64,000 nt of DNA, from NCBI RefSeq assembly GCF_006345805.1, contig NC_042997.1, forward strand, positions 65,472,001 to 65,536,000, in the 5' to 3' direction. This stretch comes from Octopus sinensis (taxonomy: Eukaryota). Numbering within the stretch: the first letter of the stretch is position 1; each line of letters opens with the position of its first letter. This document shows, piece after piece, positions 13,668 to 28,295 of this stretch. The notes beneath the pieces are model-generated. The model was not told the origin of the DNA. It did not search any database and was given only the letters and a program-made list of their open reading frames with translations. Both the position numbers and the translations under genes were made by a program.

Positions 13668-15979
13668 CGTGTGTGCATATATGTGTGTACGTGTTGGTAA
13701 ATGGGTGTGTTCCTGAGTCTATATGTATACGTATTTGAACATATATATGTGGAGTGATTCACGCGTGTGTAGAAGCACACATACACATATACTCACACGC
13801 GCACACACATCCATACACATATATGTATATAGTTATACGTGTATATATATATACCTGTGCACGTATACATTCACTATACATATACATATTTTTTAGATGC
13901 TTTAATGAAATCTCAATATAGGAGAAAATTCACTTAAAAAATAAATCTGAATTAATTTAGATTATTTGCTGAATGGTGGAAATTTATGAAATTTATATAT
14001 TATTCAAGTTAAAACCAGAATCTTTAAATATAAAAATATGATTTTTAGAAAGTTTTTTTTCTTTAATTTTCCTCTGAAGTAGACAATTTTATTCTCAAGA
14101 CGGAAATGCGTATATAACTCAACAGACGTTCTTTCGTTGCGTATTCATCTTCACTTAGAATATACTGCAGAGGATGTAATTATTAAGTGAAGACAAGTAA
14201 GATATAGTATAGATGACATTTTTTGGTATTATATATGTTATAGTATATGACGTTAGTAAGAAACAAAACTTGGTTAGAATGTCGATCGTTTAACGGCAAG
14301 TGAATAATTTTAGCTGGAAGTTCAAATATCATTTCAGTTTACTTTTCTACTTCTAGCAATGTTGTTAGTTTTTCCGTCTTTCTTTTCGTTTCAACAGTAT
14401 TATTTCAACACCTTTTCCCAACAGAAACATATAATAAGCATTACTATTTCCAATATATATCATCTCCTAAAACTAACACGCATAATCATCAACCGTTTAA
14501 ATTCATTTCTTTTTGTAAATGGAAATTTGAGACAACAATGTGACTGTGACATCCGCTTGAAGATTATTCATTTTACTTATATCACTAATGAATTTTACAA
14601 AGGCATTAATATCAGAAAATGTCAATCATATCACCTATGAAATGCCTGCTTTCGGAACTAAATAAGAAATCAATACATGGCTATAATATTTATAGGTGAC
14701 ACCCCGGTCTCGCAAAATGTGAATCAGTAAGGCACATTGCTTAGTCAGAGATGGCTTAACTCTTCACAAGCGTAACGTTGTGAACATTTGGGATCGTCTT
14801 TGTGAAATTGTAATAAATCAATTCATATGCTCATAAAAGAACCAACCGTGAAGTCTGTTATAACTAGGAGCCAATTCACTTTCAAATCATACGACCCTAT
14901 TTTCATAAAATATACCTGAATTTTGAGTTGAATGTTTTTGACAGCCGGTTTCCAGAATTGGTTAATGTTAAATAAAAGCATCCCAGTTACTACAGCTGTA
15001 AGACGTTCAAACCAACATTTGTATCACTGTATGTTCGACAAAAATTTCAACTGTAACAATAACATTCGTTAAATAATATGCGTTTATGCAATGTTATTAC
15101 AAGTAGTCGGTAGCATTTCAGGTAAGATTCTATTTGAAACGTATGAAAATTACAGTTCCTATATCATTCAAATGTAGCCTTACTCTTAATACATACACAT
15201 GTATTTCATTTCATAGAGCATAACTTCCACACTATAGTATAATTTGTGAGTTATTTACGTTTACAAGCCATATCATCTTAAAACTAGAAGTCAGATTAAA
15301 ATGATTGATAGGAAACGTTAATCTGTCAAATGACTCCAGAAAGACGACATAAAAGGAATAAAAACAGACATACCTCTAATTGGGTGTATGTTGACAAAAA
15401 AATTGCATCTACATGTAATTAAAGAAAGCCCTCGGGGTGAGAATTAAACAAACTAAACATAAATAGTAAAACTGTTTTGCATTCCGAGTGACGTATGAAG
15501 TGTAAGTTAAAGAAGTTGATGAAGAAATATTCAGATACTAGGAGTTCAGATAGTGAAAGTGAAACTAATCCACAACTGCTTTTAAGAACAGAGATCGTAT
15601 CAAATATACTTATGAATTTATGTTGTGCTTTACATCAACGTTCCAAAAGAGATCGAACGTTATATAATGTTAAGGGGAAAAAGTAGAAGTTCGTAAAAGA
15701 GCAAATCAACCAACTTTTGATGCCTAGTTTATAAAAATGCAAATGTAACAAAAGTTGTACTCTATATTTATTGCTTTATAGTTCTTGCTTGTTTCCTAAA
15801 GTGAAGAACGTGTGTATATGTATTTAGGAAATTACATGTAATATTGTTTAAACAATTTTTCTGTATGCGATTTGAATTATAATTATTGAATTATATAATT
15901 TTGTTCATATTACACACACACGCACATACACACACATACAAACAAACACACACGCACACAACAAACACACACGCACACG

Positions 15980-16070
<91 letters not shown>

Positions 16071-16505
16071 CATACATATGTATACATTCATACATATGTA
16101 GGTGCATTGTTATAGGTCTACTATAATATAAAAATGCATTTGTTCTTTCAATAATTTGAAAATCTTATCTGCAGAAAAAATATCTTAGCTGCCTATGATA
16201 AGAGAGTTTCTAATACTAGAATTAAAAAAACGTGAAACATATTGCTTTTGCTAATCAAATTATTGCTATAGTTTAATGTTGCTCTGTGCAGCAACATCCC
16301 TGTAGAATGATGCAGGTTATTTCTATACGTTTTTATAGTCAATTTACTTCAGTGTAAATACTCTACACACACTTGAAAATTATATTAATTCCACATACCG
16401 TCAAGACTAAAGAAAATTGCCGAGGATAATATATATTATCTGCAGTTGAATTAAGATAACGCTTAGATTTTTCCATTCTGATAGGCTACTTAATATACAC
16501 ATACC

Positions 16506-16901
16506 GAGGCGGCGAACTGGCAGAAACGTTAGCACGCCGGGCGAAATGCCTAGCCGTATGTCGTCTGCCGTTACGTTCTGAGTTCAAATTCCGCCGAGGT
16601 CGACTTTGCCTTTCATACTTTCGGGGTCGATAAATTAAGTACCAGTTACACACTGCGGTCGATGTAATCGACTCAATCCGTTTGTCTGTCCTTGTTTGTC
16701 CTCTCTGTGTTTAGCCCCTTGTGCGTATTAAAGAAATAGGTATTTCGTGTCTTTATGTTCTTTGTTCAAATTCCGTCGAGTTCGACTTTGCGTTTCTTAC
16801 TTTCTGGGTCGATAAATTAGGTACTAGTTGCATACTGGGGCCTATCTAATCGACTGGTCCCCTCCCCAAAAATTTCGGGCCTTTTACCTAGAGTAGAAAG
16901 G
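16506..16901 (+). mobile_element. SINE type B, dimeric, with 14-bp TSD
   Basis: Two core blocks; AATATACACATACC at 16492-16505 and 16902-16915. Confidence 0.92.
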
Positions 16902-18324
16902 AATATACACATACCAATAAGCTAGGGAAAGATATGAGAACTATAATCAGCACTAACACTTCCAGTCAAACAATAAAGACCATGCACGAGTATCACAGTT
17001 TCAAAATTATTACTATTTAATACTCTTGTCGATGTCTTACCAAATGCTGCATCTTCGACATGGCTTGTATGACACTACTGACAAATATGTTTATTTTCTC
17101 CAAGCGTACACAAGTTTTACATGAATTCCTAGATTAAAAACAGATGTCTTTATTGCAAATGAGATAATTCCAAATAGAAAAAACTGGCTTTGTGTTTTCA
17201 GCGACATTTACTGTATGTTTGACTGAGTGATTGCTTTCTTTATTGCGCACAAATAAGAGGATGATACAAGAACTTAAAATGCCATTTACATTTAAGCGGA
17301 AATGGTGTAGCTACCATACTGTTTTAAACTCAGCAGGTAACTTGGTGTTCTAGCCTAGCTCGGGCGCCTGCTTTTGTACGATAAATAATACTCCTTTATT
17401 ATTGCTACACCGATAATTATTATACTATTGGTAGTTTTGTTGCATTTCCAATAAATGCTATCTTGTATTTCTGTGATTTTATGATCTGTCTTCACCTTCT
17501 TCACCTTATATGAAATGTTGATTGATACTTCTACAATAATAAATGCGAACTTCTGTCTGTCTGAGACTCCTTAGTCTATATTTGCTCTACATAAACATAT
17601 TATACATTTTTAGAGTCAGGATGTTCTCAGGATTGGAAATCTGCCCTTTATTTGGTTCTTGAACATCCAGCATTGGGATCTGATTTTAAAGCATTTGGGT
17701 TGCTATTTCTTGCAGGTAAAGCTTGGCTGATTCACACCATCTTGGTTGTCGTCTGTCAGATGACGTCAGAGATCAAGGGGAAGAGAAGAGACATTCGCTT
17801 CGTTAATTTTACGTCGACATAAGAACTTTGGGACAAATCGGCCAACGGAATTCAAATTGGGATTGCAACAATAGAACGATTGCATTACAGTATTAATTCT
17901 TCTCCGTCCTTAACCTCTGATAAAACATTATAGATGTATTATAGCCATGCTCTTTAGCTCACTTAGTTTTGGGCCGTACACCCAATTAGCCTTCCGCAGG
18001 AGCTAGCTCAGAAGTCCGTACAGAGTGCACCTTTTAAGCTAGGATAACAATAACAGTGATATGTTGTAATTATTTCATGTTTTAATAGAGCATTGTATTT
18101 ATCAATATTAAAATTTACGATGCGGTATGTCCATAGATTCTGGCCGTCACAACATTACTAACAGGTTACTGTGAGAAATGAGCACTACATACATAATGTA
18201 ATTTATGTATTTATCAACTATATTCTTAGTCCGATAGAACAGTGAAATACTAATATAAACCCAGTGAGTTCAATGAATGGCACATACTTTTCAGCAAATT
18301 AGCTTGCCAAGGACGGTCAACATA

Positions 18325-18690
18325 ATGGTGATGATGAGGAGCAGGAGAGGGAGGAGATGGAAAAGATAAAGAGGGACGAGAATGAAGAGAAAGAAAAGGA
18401 AGATCTTGAAGAGGAGGAGAGGAGTATGGCGATGACTACGGGGACAACGACAATGACGATGATGATGACGACGACGACGACGAGGAGGAGGAGGAGGAGG
18501 AGGAGGTGGTGGAGGTGATGGTGGAGGAGGAAGAGGAGGTGGTGGTGGAGGAGGAAAGGGAGGAGGTTGAGGATGAGGAAGAAAAGGAAGACGAGGAGGA
18601 CGGAGGGGAAGAGGAGGATGAAAGGGAGGAAGACGAGGAGGAGGAAGACGAATAAGAGGACAATAGCTACAACGATGGTGATGTAATTAG
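18325..18690. repeat. Purine-rich trinucleotide mosaic (GAG/GAC/GAT/GGT)n
   Basis: Direct reading. Confidence 0.9.
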
Positions 18691-19099
18691 TGATTATGAA
18701 GCTGTAATCTACTAATAAAATCCGAAGAAACAAAAAGGTAATCATATTAATAGAAGGATGTTCGATATTTGATATTTTCAAATATGTATTTCAGACAACA
18801 CCAATGTCTCTCATTTTATACTACCTTCGAGTATTTTAGTTTTCTTATGTAATTTTCTATTTATGAAATGGTATTGCATAGTTGCAATAGACGGAATGAG
18901 AAAATTCATCTTCACCTGTCTAACAGTCACAACATTTCTTAGACAACCACTGCGTTCACACTTTAAGTTCATGATATTATCCCCAAGCTGATCCTGTAGT
19001 TACACATATATAAGCATCTGTGCCTGTGTTTGTCTGTGTGATTTGTCACTGTGTGTGTACAATAATATATGTACGTATATATATAAATATATATTACAC

Positions 19100-19414
19100 A
19101 AACTCACAGATACACACTTACACACTCACACACACACACATATACACTCATATATATATATATACTTGAAAGTATATATATTATATATATATATATATAC
19201 GTATATATAATCACATAAATTATAAAGACACACAAGCATGAGAATAGAAAGTTTATGAATTTCACATAGGGAGATGGCTAGAAATAAAACATGAAAAACG
19301 GGGAAATAAAAAGAGATTATACTCATATAAGATTAAAAGAGTTGTTGGATACATTCTCTCCATCACTCTGTTTCTTTCTTTTTTTCTGTCTTTCTTTCTC
19401 TCTTTCTGTCACTT

Positions 19415-19466
<52 letters not shown>

Positions 19467-19586
19467 ACACATATATATATATACTACATACTTATGATAT
19501 AGTATTATGCATATATGTTTGTATGTATGTGTGAATATGTATATGTGTATGTATGAATATATTCACAAACATACTACATATATATA

Positions 19587-19632
<46 letters not shown>

Positions 19633-19662
19633 TATATGTATATATACATGTATATATATATG

Positions 19663-19695
<33 letters not shown>

Positions 19696-19820
19696 GCATG
19701 CATATATATATATAGAGAGAGAGACAGAGACAGACAGACAGACAGACATGCAGACCGATAGATAGGTAGGTAGGTAGGTAGGTATGTAGGTAGATAGATA
19801 GATAGATAGATAGATAAGTA
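19100..19820. repeat. Compound microsatellite (CA, TA, CT, GACA, GGTA, GATA)
   Basis: Direct reading. Confidence 0.9.
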
Positions 19821-20516
19821 CAACATGTACGTAATGTTTGACGCGTGTACATGTTTATGTGTGTCAATATGTATATGCGTATACATATATATACGCGTGT
19901 GTATTTATTTATTTCTTTTTACATGTGTCTGCATTTGAGTGGGTGTATATCGGATGTTTATATGTGTGTGCATGTGTGTGTCTATATAGATCTAAACATG
20001 AGCATATAGTTGAATATATTTCTTGAATATTGGTGAATCAAGATTTCTAGTAAAGAAATTGATTTAGCAATGTCTGGATATATCTTCTCATAAACAACAC
20101 TACGCTACAAACTTGTTCTCCAATGCAACGCAAAAGGTGAAGATTTTGCAAATATCTCCTGGGACATCTATCGATTTTCAGAATTTTAATTATGTTTTCT
20201 CTACCAGCCAGAGCAGTCTTTATGTGAGTTCGCTTAATATCAACGAGAACCCAATTACTTCAAAACTGTATGTATAAAAATATTTCCTTAACGGGACAGT
20301 ATCTTTTATTTCTAATAAAATATCCTTTTTTCAACACTAAATGCAAATATCAGGTTTCTTTGTTTCAGCTGCAATCATTTCGATTTTTATATATCCTTTT
20401 ACTATTGAATGAAAGGTAAAGTTACGGCAAGGACTTTCTTCAAACTAGTTTCGATTCTCGTTGAAATTTTATAAAATTCCTGCAATAAATATAAAAATAT
20501 AAACGTTAGCAAAACC

Positions 20517-20573
<57 letters not shown>

Positions 20574-21180
20574 ATATAAAGAGAGAGAGAGAGAGAGAGA
20601 GAAAGAAGGAGAAAGAGAGAGAGAACATATATATATATACCTGACTATTTTTAGCTAATGTCTTTCAAAACATTAACATTTGATAATATTACTCCAGTTA
20701 TTGTGTTACATTTATGTCATATAATCTACTTATATAAGATTTGCAATTTTGGGCAAATTTCTAAATCTGTAAGAGGAAAATCGTCACTTACGTTTAAAGA
20801 CCTATTTATTCTTGTAGGAAAATAAAATTAGATAATATAATGTAATTCATTTTAACACCGCTCTCAAAAATTGTGATGTTTTGGTATAAGTAATTATTTT
20901 ACATAATAACTGAAGTACAAACGATGTTAACTGAGATGTTACATCAAACCATTCCTTGATTTAACATAGCGATTTCATTCTTTTTGTCGTATCGGTTAAC
21001 TAATGTGTATACATTAAATACAGTCATCAGTGTCTTCCTTCTTTTTATAGCATACATCTTTTTATTTACGATATTCTCTTAAAACCTTTCATGACCAAGA
21101 GAAAATAAACTATAAACTGAATGTTTGTTAAACAGTTTCGATTTCTTTAATAGATTTCCCGCATTTCATTTAGTTAGCTT

Positions 21181-21557
21181 ACTCTCTTTTACTTGTTTTA
21201 GTCACATTGACTGTGGCCATGCTGGAGCACCGCCTCTAGTCGAGCAAATCGACTAGTACTTATTCTATCGGTCTTTTTGCCGACCGCTAAGTTACGGAGA
21301 CGTAAACATACTAGCATCTGTTGTCAAGCGAATTTTTTTGGGGGGGAGACAAACACAGACACACAAACATATATATATATATATACATATATACGACGGG
21401 CTTCTTTAAGTTTTCATCTACCAAATCCACTCACAAGGCTTTGGTCGGCCCGAGGCTATAGTAGAAGACACTTGCCCAAGGTGCCACGCAGTGGGACTGA
21501 ACACGGAACCATGTGGTTCGTAAGCGAGCTACTTATCACACAGCCACTCCTACGCTT
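21181..21557 (-). mobile_element. SINE type A
   Basis: Colinear with 6909-7281. Confidence 0.9.
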
Positions 21558-21590
21558 ACAAAAATTCCTGTTAAAAACTAAAGCCAGATA

Positions 21591-21613
21591 TGCTGCAGAT
21601 TAAATCTGCAGCA
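21591..21613. repeat. 23-bp near-perfect palindrome
   Basis: TGCTGCAGATT-A-AATCTGCAGCA. Confidence 0.9.
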
Positions 21614-22929
21614 CGGCCTCCATACTCTTCCTAACAAGCATTTAAAACATCAAGCTATCGAAGAAAAATATGTATTGTCGATCACTCTGAAATTAACATA
21701 AGCCAAATATCCTGCAAATCACTTACAACTGTCTAAAGTAAGCTGAAGGATATAGGTGAACAAGGTCAATCTCAATATATAAAGGGAGAAAACGGTATAT
21801 TCTTTCCTCATGGGTTGATTTGACACGTGATTACAGCACACTAAAAATCAACGGACATAACGTTATAAAAATACCACATAATTGTTGGGGTAAAGGGTAT
21901 TGCCGGTTATATCCAGGTAAGGATATAACTGGTTCTTATTTCTCGATCTGGGAAAGATAAAAAGAAAAAAAACAATATTTGTCGGATTCGAATTCAGAAC
22001 ACATAGCAAGGCAACAAATACAAAGCAACGTCGTCATCGAACCGCATCTGTCTTTCAAAAAGGTTACGTAATATCATCACACAATCTAATCATTAAATAT
22101 ATTTAATGCAAAGTTTTAAGTCGATTGATAAAAATTAGCTCATAACATTCAACATGAAAAATATCAAGTTGTGATTTTTAAAATTTTATTGAATGTCAGA
22201 TAATGTCATCTGCATTGATATTGTGTTTTAGTATGTTCAGTCGCTTAGCTGAACTCGTTATAGAATTTAGATATTTTCCTGTGTATATAAATATCTATTT
22301 TTAAATACGTCTTTATTAACTTGTTTGCATCATACACTGCTGCAAATTCCTTTATCATTGATCATTGGCTCTCTCAGAGAATACCTGAATTATTCAGGCT
22401 CAAACTGTAGTACATTTCAGTTTACTCCTGTTATCCATGTAGCCACTACACCTAAGGGAATACAGCTCTAACGACTCCAACTATGCAACAGTTTTTATTT
22501 ACTATTTGCTAAACATATGCTATTTACTCTTAGTTTTGGTCTTCCTTTCAGTTATTTCACTCGCATCTATGACAAATCGTCTCTGTTCACTTTTCCTCTT
22601 CCCTGCTCACGAATCACTGCTCTGCTATCGTTCGTGAGGATAGTAGTTAGGACATTGTTCAATGAAATTCTATAGATACTTCATTCCATGACAACTAATA
22701 GAGCGAATATTGCCCAACAATCTGTTTCAATGCATCAAGTTTGAAAGAAAGTCACGTCACATAATTGACATCATCACCTTGAGAGTACATTTTCAATATT
22801 TACGGTAAAATAAGCATTAACTTTTACATTCTAATGTTTATTTTTATTTTTCATGCAGGTTACTTTATATCATAACGGTTAAATTGCTATCGATTTTACA
22901 CTTGTAAAATAAATTCCGGTCAGGCTTAT

Positions 22930-23390
22930 ATCAGACACTGCACACTGTATGCAGGGTTCTTCAATGGATGTGACAAGGAATATCCGTTCTATCTAAGAAA
23001 ACGAAGCACAAAGTGTTTGGACGTGCCAACAACGGTTAGCGCAACTCCGCTCAGAATGTTTTCCTCTTAGATTCCTTATGATCTGGAGTATCAACGTCTG
23101 TTCATATTGAGATTCTGAAAATTCCAAAACAACATGCTCGAGTATTTGCAAAACGGTTAAATTTAAATCACAATTTCGGTTGTAAACATACATAAACAAA
23201 GAAATGTGTCCACACTTGGTCAGCGGGTCCCTCGTCATCAGACTGTTTCTTAGCTTGTCGTTAAAGAGTGGACTTACTACATGAATAGAACCATCGCAAG
23301 TGATGAAAAGTGGATTCTCTATAAGCACGTCCAACGAAAACTACATTGAAGACTATAAAAGGAGGCTTCATCCTTGAAAACAGTTATGTT
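22930..23390 (+). mobile_element. Mariner transposase remnant (HTH to first catalytic Asp)
   Basis: TCQQRLAQLRS, FAKRLNLNH, LGQRVP (WVPHEL-like), TIASDEKWILY and LHP*K motifs across frameshifts. Confidence 0.8.
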
Positions 23391-23523
23391 CTATATATAA
23401 TGATGAGAATGGAGATTACTAGGACTACATTTCATATGTGATCTTTCCTTATAAAAATGTGGTCATTGAGGTATATTCGATATTCAATTTAAACCAATGT
23501 AAATTGTTTCCTATAGGGTAAAA

Positions 23524-23911
23524 GTGGAGGCACAATGGCCCAGTGGTTAGGGCAGCGGACTCGCGGTCATAGGATCGCGGTTTCGATTCCCAGACCGGGC
23601 GTTGTGAGTGTTTATTGAGCGAAAACACCTATAGCTCCACGAGGCTCCGGCAGGGGATGGTGGTGATCTCTGCTGTACTCTTTCACCACAACTTTCTCTC
23701 ACTCTTACTTCCTGTTTCTGTTGTACCTGTATTTCAAAGGGCCGGCCTTGTCACTCTCTGTGTCACGCTGAATATCCCCGAGAACTACGTTAAGGGTACA
23801 CGTGTCTGTGGAGTGCTCAGCCACTTACACGTTAATTTCACGAGCAGACTGTTCCGTTGATTCGGATCAACCGGAACCCTCGACGTCGTAACCGACGGAG
23901 AGCTTCCATCC
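23524..23911 (+). mobile_element. SINE type C with 11-bp TSD
   Basis: Best-preserved copy; ATAGGGTAAAA at 23513-23523 and 23912-23922. Confidence 0.93.
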
Positions 23912-24110
23912 ATAGGGTAAAAATTAGCACTGAGAGATTTCCGGTTGACTGCATGCTGTGTAGAAAGGTTTAAACAATGCATTTAAAGCTATAATCAAGG
24001 TAGAACATATTTGAGATGAAAAACACATAGACCACATCATTAACTTACGCACAGATGCATATAAAATGTATGCTTTATGCATATATATATATATACATAC
24101 ACACACATAA

Positions 24111-24155
<45 letters not shown>

Positions 24156-24258
24156 CAGACAGACATATATGTATGAGTGTATGTGTGTGTCTGCATGCAT
24201 GCATGTATCTATGTATATATATATATGCATGTCTATGTACGTATATATGTATGTGTGT

Positions 24259-24294
<36 letters not shown>

Positions 24295-24304
24295 GGGGGG
24301 GTAT

Positions 24305-24740
24305 GACGTTCCTTATCTTTGAAGTGGATCCGATTACCATGAATACCGACTTCAGTCTTCTGGGGTCCTGAGGTTGCTAATTGGACCAGTATTGGCATAA
24401 AGTCCCCGACTAGAGTGACATCACGTAATATCAGAATCTGGACTGCTTTCTGTGCAACGCCCCTCCGTATAGCTTCTCTAATCATTTCTCATTCTGTTTC
24501 CTGCCCCACAAGCTACATGACTCTAGGTGAAAATGAGTGATTTTCACAAAAACGTTCCTGATAGACTGCTTTAAGTTACACTTTTTCAAGGTAATTCTGC
24601 ATCTCCTCGTTCGTCTGACCATTTGACCGAGTGCCAATTGGTAGTTCACCAAAGAAAATCTGGTGAGGGATTGTAGATTCGATGATGCACGCTACATGTT
24701 CAGTCCATCACAGATGAATTTTCCTAAATGCTTGATAATT
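24305..24740 (-). mobile_element. RTE-clade LINE 3' fragment, decayed
   Basis: IHL*WTEHVACIIESTIPHQIFFGELPIGTRSNGQ and terminal RGLYANTGPISNLRT (resembles the RTE ARIGLISHLRTH end). Confidence 0.75.
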
Positions 24741-24842
24741 TAGATTTCTCAAACACAACAGAAGCGGGAATTTTTATCATGCAACATGGTATTGAGAATT
24801 TTTCGCGCACATATTAGCTGTGTGTGCGGTGTGTGTTTGTAT

Positions 24843-25402
<560 letters not shown>

Positions 25403-25404
25403 AT

Positions 25405-25412
25405 ACATACAT

Positions 25413-25511
<99 letters not shown>

Positions 25512-25512
25512 T
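25405..25512. repeat. (ATAG)n microsatellite
   Basis: Direct reading. Confidence 0.95.
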
Positions 25513-25559
25513 AGATATATATACATTCATACACACTAAGGAAGCCAAAACGCATTTAG

Positions 25560-27680
25560 GCCATCACGCCTGGGTGTCCTTCTGCGGACACTTATAGCCA
25601 TTTGTATATCGGAATCTTGTACATTTGAACCACCTGGAGATTTCATCTAGTGGTAATTCCTCTCCTTTCAAACTTATACTTAAAGAAGAAACAATGTTGG
25701 TTGTCATGCCAGCGGTGAAACGACAACGTTATCACAATGATCCACAGAGAGTTAAGTCCCTTAGCGTCAAAACTCTAAAATATTGCCTCCCAATGCTATA
25801 GAGGTCGTATTTGCTCCTCAACGAAATCTGTCAGGAACAACTCTCCTCTCTTTCTGATATTGCCTTTAGGGCTTTGGTTCTATTGTTCCCATAGAATGAG
25901 TGTCGTTTCGTTAGATCGGAAGCAGATTTGGCCATAAAAGCTCTGTTTCCAACCTCTATGGCGAAAATACTGACCTGAAAGTTTCCTTCCCTAGGCTGTT
26001 AACCAGACCGGCTAATTTTTCGATCTTGAATACGTGCTTCTATTGAGTCCAATCAAAATTCTTTGGTGAACTGGAACGTAGTATGATATCCGGCCTCAAG
26101 CTACTCTCCCAGATGATTTCTGATTGTTTTATTGATCCTGGGAGATCTGCGGAGCATTACAATCATCCGCACCACCCAGAACATTCCATTCCCGTGCCCT
26201 GCCTGGCATAGCAGTTCCTGGCCTCAAGCATGTGTATCTTCCTTAGGCTAGAGCAACTCTGCAGGAGCTTAGAACGTGCTCCATTCCCTGCCAACTCCAG
26301 CAGAGTGGGGACTCAGGATGACCTCTATTGCCAAAGCAAACAGTATGGGGGAACTTGCACAGTACATTGCGATGTCCCCTTCCTTCTAAACTGACATATC
26401 CAAGTGTTTATTCTCGATTAGATATTTAGTTCGCCTTACTGCTAAAATAGAAGATTTTTTCCTTTAACCTTCAGAAGTAAAATTGGTTTAAATCGGCTGA
26501 TGTCGCTTTAGTTCTGCACTTTTTGAATGTATACTCCTTAAGCTCTTATCTTTTGGTTTCTGATCCTCAAGTTCTTCCATGATGACCTTATCAATTTGTG
26601 GACCCACTCAAAGACACTAGGACATTGCTTGTACAGCATGTAAAGCATTCCATTTAGCCTTGGTATTGATTTGGCTTTGGCTTTCGTGACCACTTTCCTT
26701 ACTTCACCCAGTGTTGGTGTCCTGTTATCGAACAATACTCCTAACAGAGCAATACACGCCAGACCTTGGATTGCAAGTGACGTTTCATTCTGTCAGTCTG
26801 AATATATGTTTCCTTAAGATGTTGCTCGTGAGCTTCTTCGTCTATTTTGAGTGTAACATATTTTAGCTGCTTGAATAGTTTTCTAGTGAATTAGAGGCAT
26901 TTTTAAAGAAGGAATCCCGTATCTTTTCGTTACTGCTTCTGCTTCCTTGCAGCTTCTGACTTGCACATGTCACTCTATCTCCCTTTGAGTTTTATTCGGA
27001 GCTTTTCTAATCCCTGTTTCATAAATGCTGAGGTAACTTTCATTTGTTTCTTTAGATCCCTGTTCTCCCTCCAGATGTTATCCATCTCTCACTAACTTTG
27101 AATTTCTGGGGAAGTGACTTCACTTCTGCCACTCTTATCTCACAGCTGCCTCTGCAGATTGTATAAATAATATATCTTAATGTGGCTGGCTTGCGTGCCA
27201 GAGTTCTCTTTCCGATGATCACATTCAGTTTCTGGACTATTTTCCTTCCGATGACTCACATCCTTCTTTCGCACTTGCCGGCGGAAAATTGAACGTACAG
27301 CATTTGGCCTCTAGAATCTGTACACTTTTCTTGTCTGAATCAACAGCGTGGATGTCTTTGGCACTGTAGTTTGACTCATGGCCTTGGTTTTCCGATGTTT
27401 TATATAAAAGACTCATTTAAAAGACTATTTGCACATCCCTTTTTCGAGCCGTGCATCTTCATACTGAGCACAGTGGAAAATCTCCTTTCACATACACGTG
27501 GAAATTCCGTTTGCTCTATGCACGTAGTCTCAGGAAGATTCTTAAGTCATAATGATTATTTTACCACTGGATTCATCATTCTTTTCCCATTTTCGGTGAA
27601 TCCTGGGAGCATCATTCATTGCCGGAATTTGTAGCGTCAAAGCGGGAAGGTAGTAATAGCGTCAAAGCGGGAAGGTAGTA
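25560..27680 (-). mobile_element. R2-superfamily (NeSL-like) RLE non-LTR retrotransposon, internally deleted
   Basis: In order on minus: zinc-finger-like CERRFSTVLSMKMHGSKKGC, FNFPPAS, FDNRTPTLGEVRKVVTKAKAKS (RT start), IAMYCASSPILFALAIEVIL (RT), SSLRPDIIL and FAIEVGNRAF (RLE). Confidence 0.8.
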
Positions 27681-27717
27681 CTTAGTACCAGTGTATCTAG
27701 TCTTTCCTTTTGTCATT

Positions 27718-28270
27718 TGTTGTAAAGCGGTCTTTTAACACTGTTTTATCTGTCTTTTGACAACGGTTGTCGCTCTGACAAATATTGTTATATTCCGAAG
27801 TCGTCGATACAATGGTTCTATCTGGCACTGTACGACACCCACTCGTACAGTGTTATTATCCTCGAAGTTTGGATCGTTAAAGCGTCCACTCAGTATCACA
27901 GTGTAATTACTATATCAGCACTGACACGAGTATCAACACAGACTACGCGTAGTCTAAACCTTCTTGACCTTCTTCCTGTCAACCGGCTACTGGTCTATTT
28001 ATAATACTGGCTACTACCACTTTTCACCGGAATGGGTGTAGAGTTTCACTATACAACATCATCCGAAATTTCCCGGACGTCCCCCACCCTGTTTCCAGAC
28101 GTAAGTGGTCTAGCCATGTATCAATGGTAAGGAACTCTCAAGAGAGCTGTACAGCAGAAGGTATTTAAAGTAAGTTGATTAATACACAAAGATTTTGATC
28201 TTTAATTACAACAATACACTGTGTATAGATAAACAGCGTGACTGCCGAGGGGACAACACGGTCATCTACA
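27718..28270 (-). mobile_element. Possible solo LTR
   Basis: Minus strand starts TGTAG, has TATAAATA near 28000, ends TTTACAACA; no TSD found. Confidence 0.35.
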
Positions 28271-28295
28271 AAATACATGGATGATAGTTGGTGTA

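Noticed and set aside
18317-18781. Poly-Leu and poly-Ser ORFs, and an acidic plus-strand reading
   Set aside because: Trinucleotide repeat mosaic; no domain or splice support
23524-23600. tRNA-Arg-like sequence (also at 3571 and 28296)
   Set aside because: No acceptor stem; runs into a SINE body with a TSD, so it is a SINE head and not a tRNA gene
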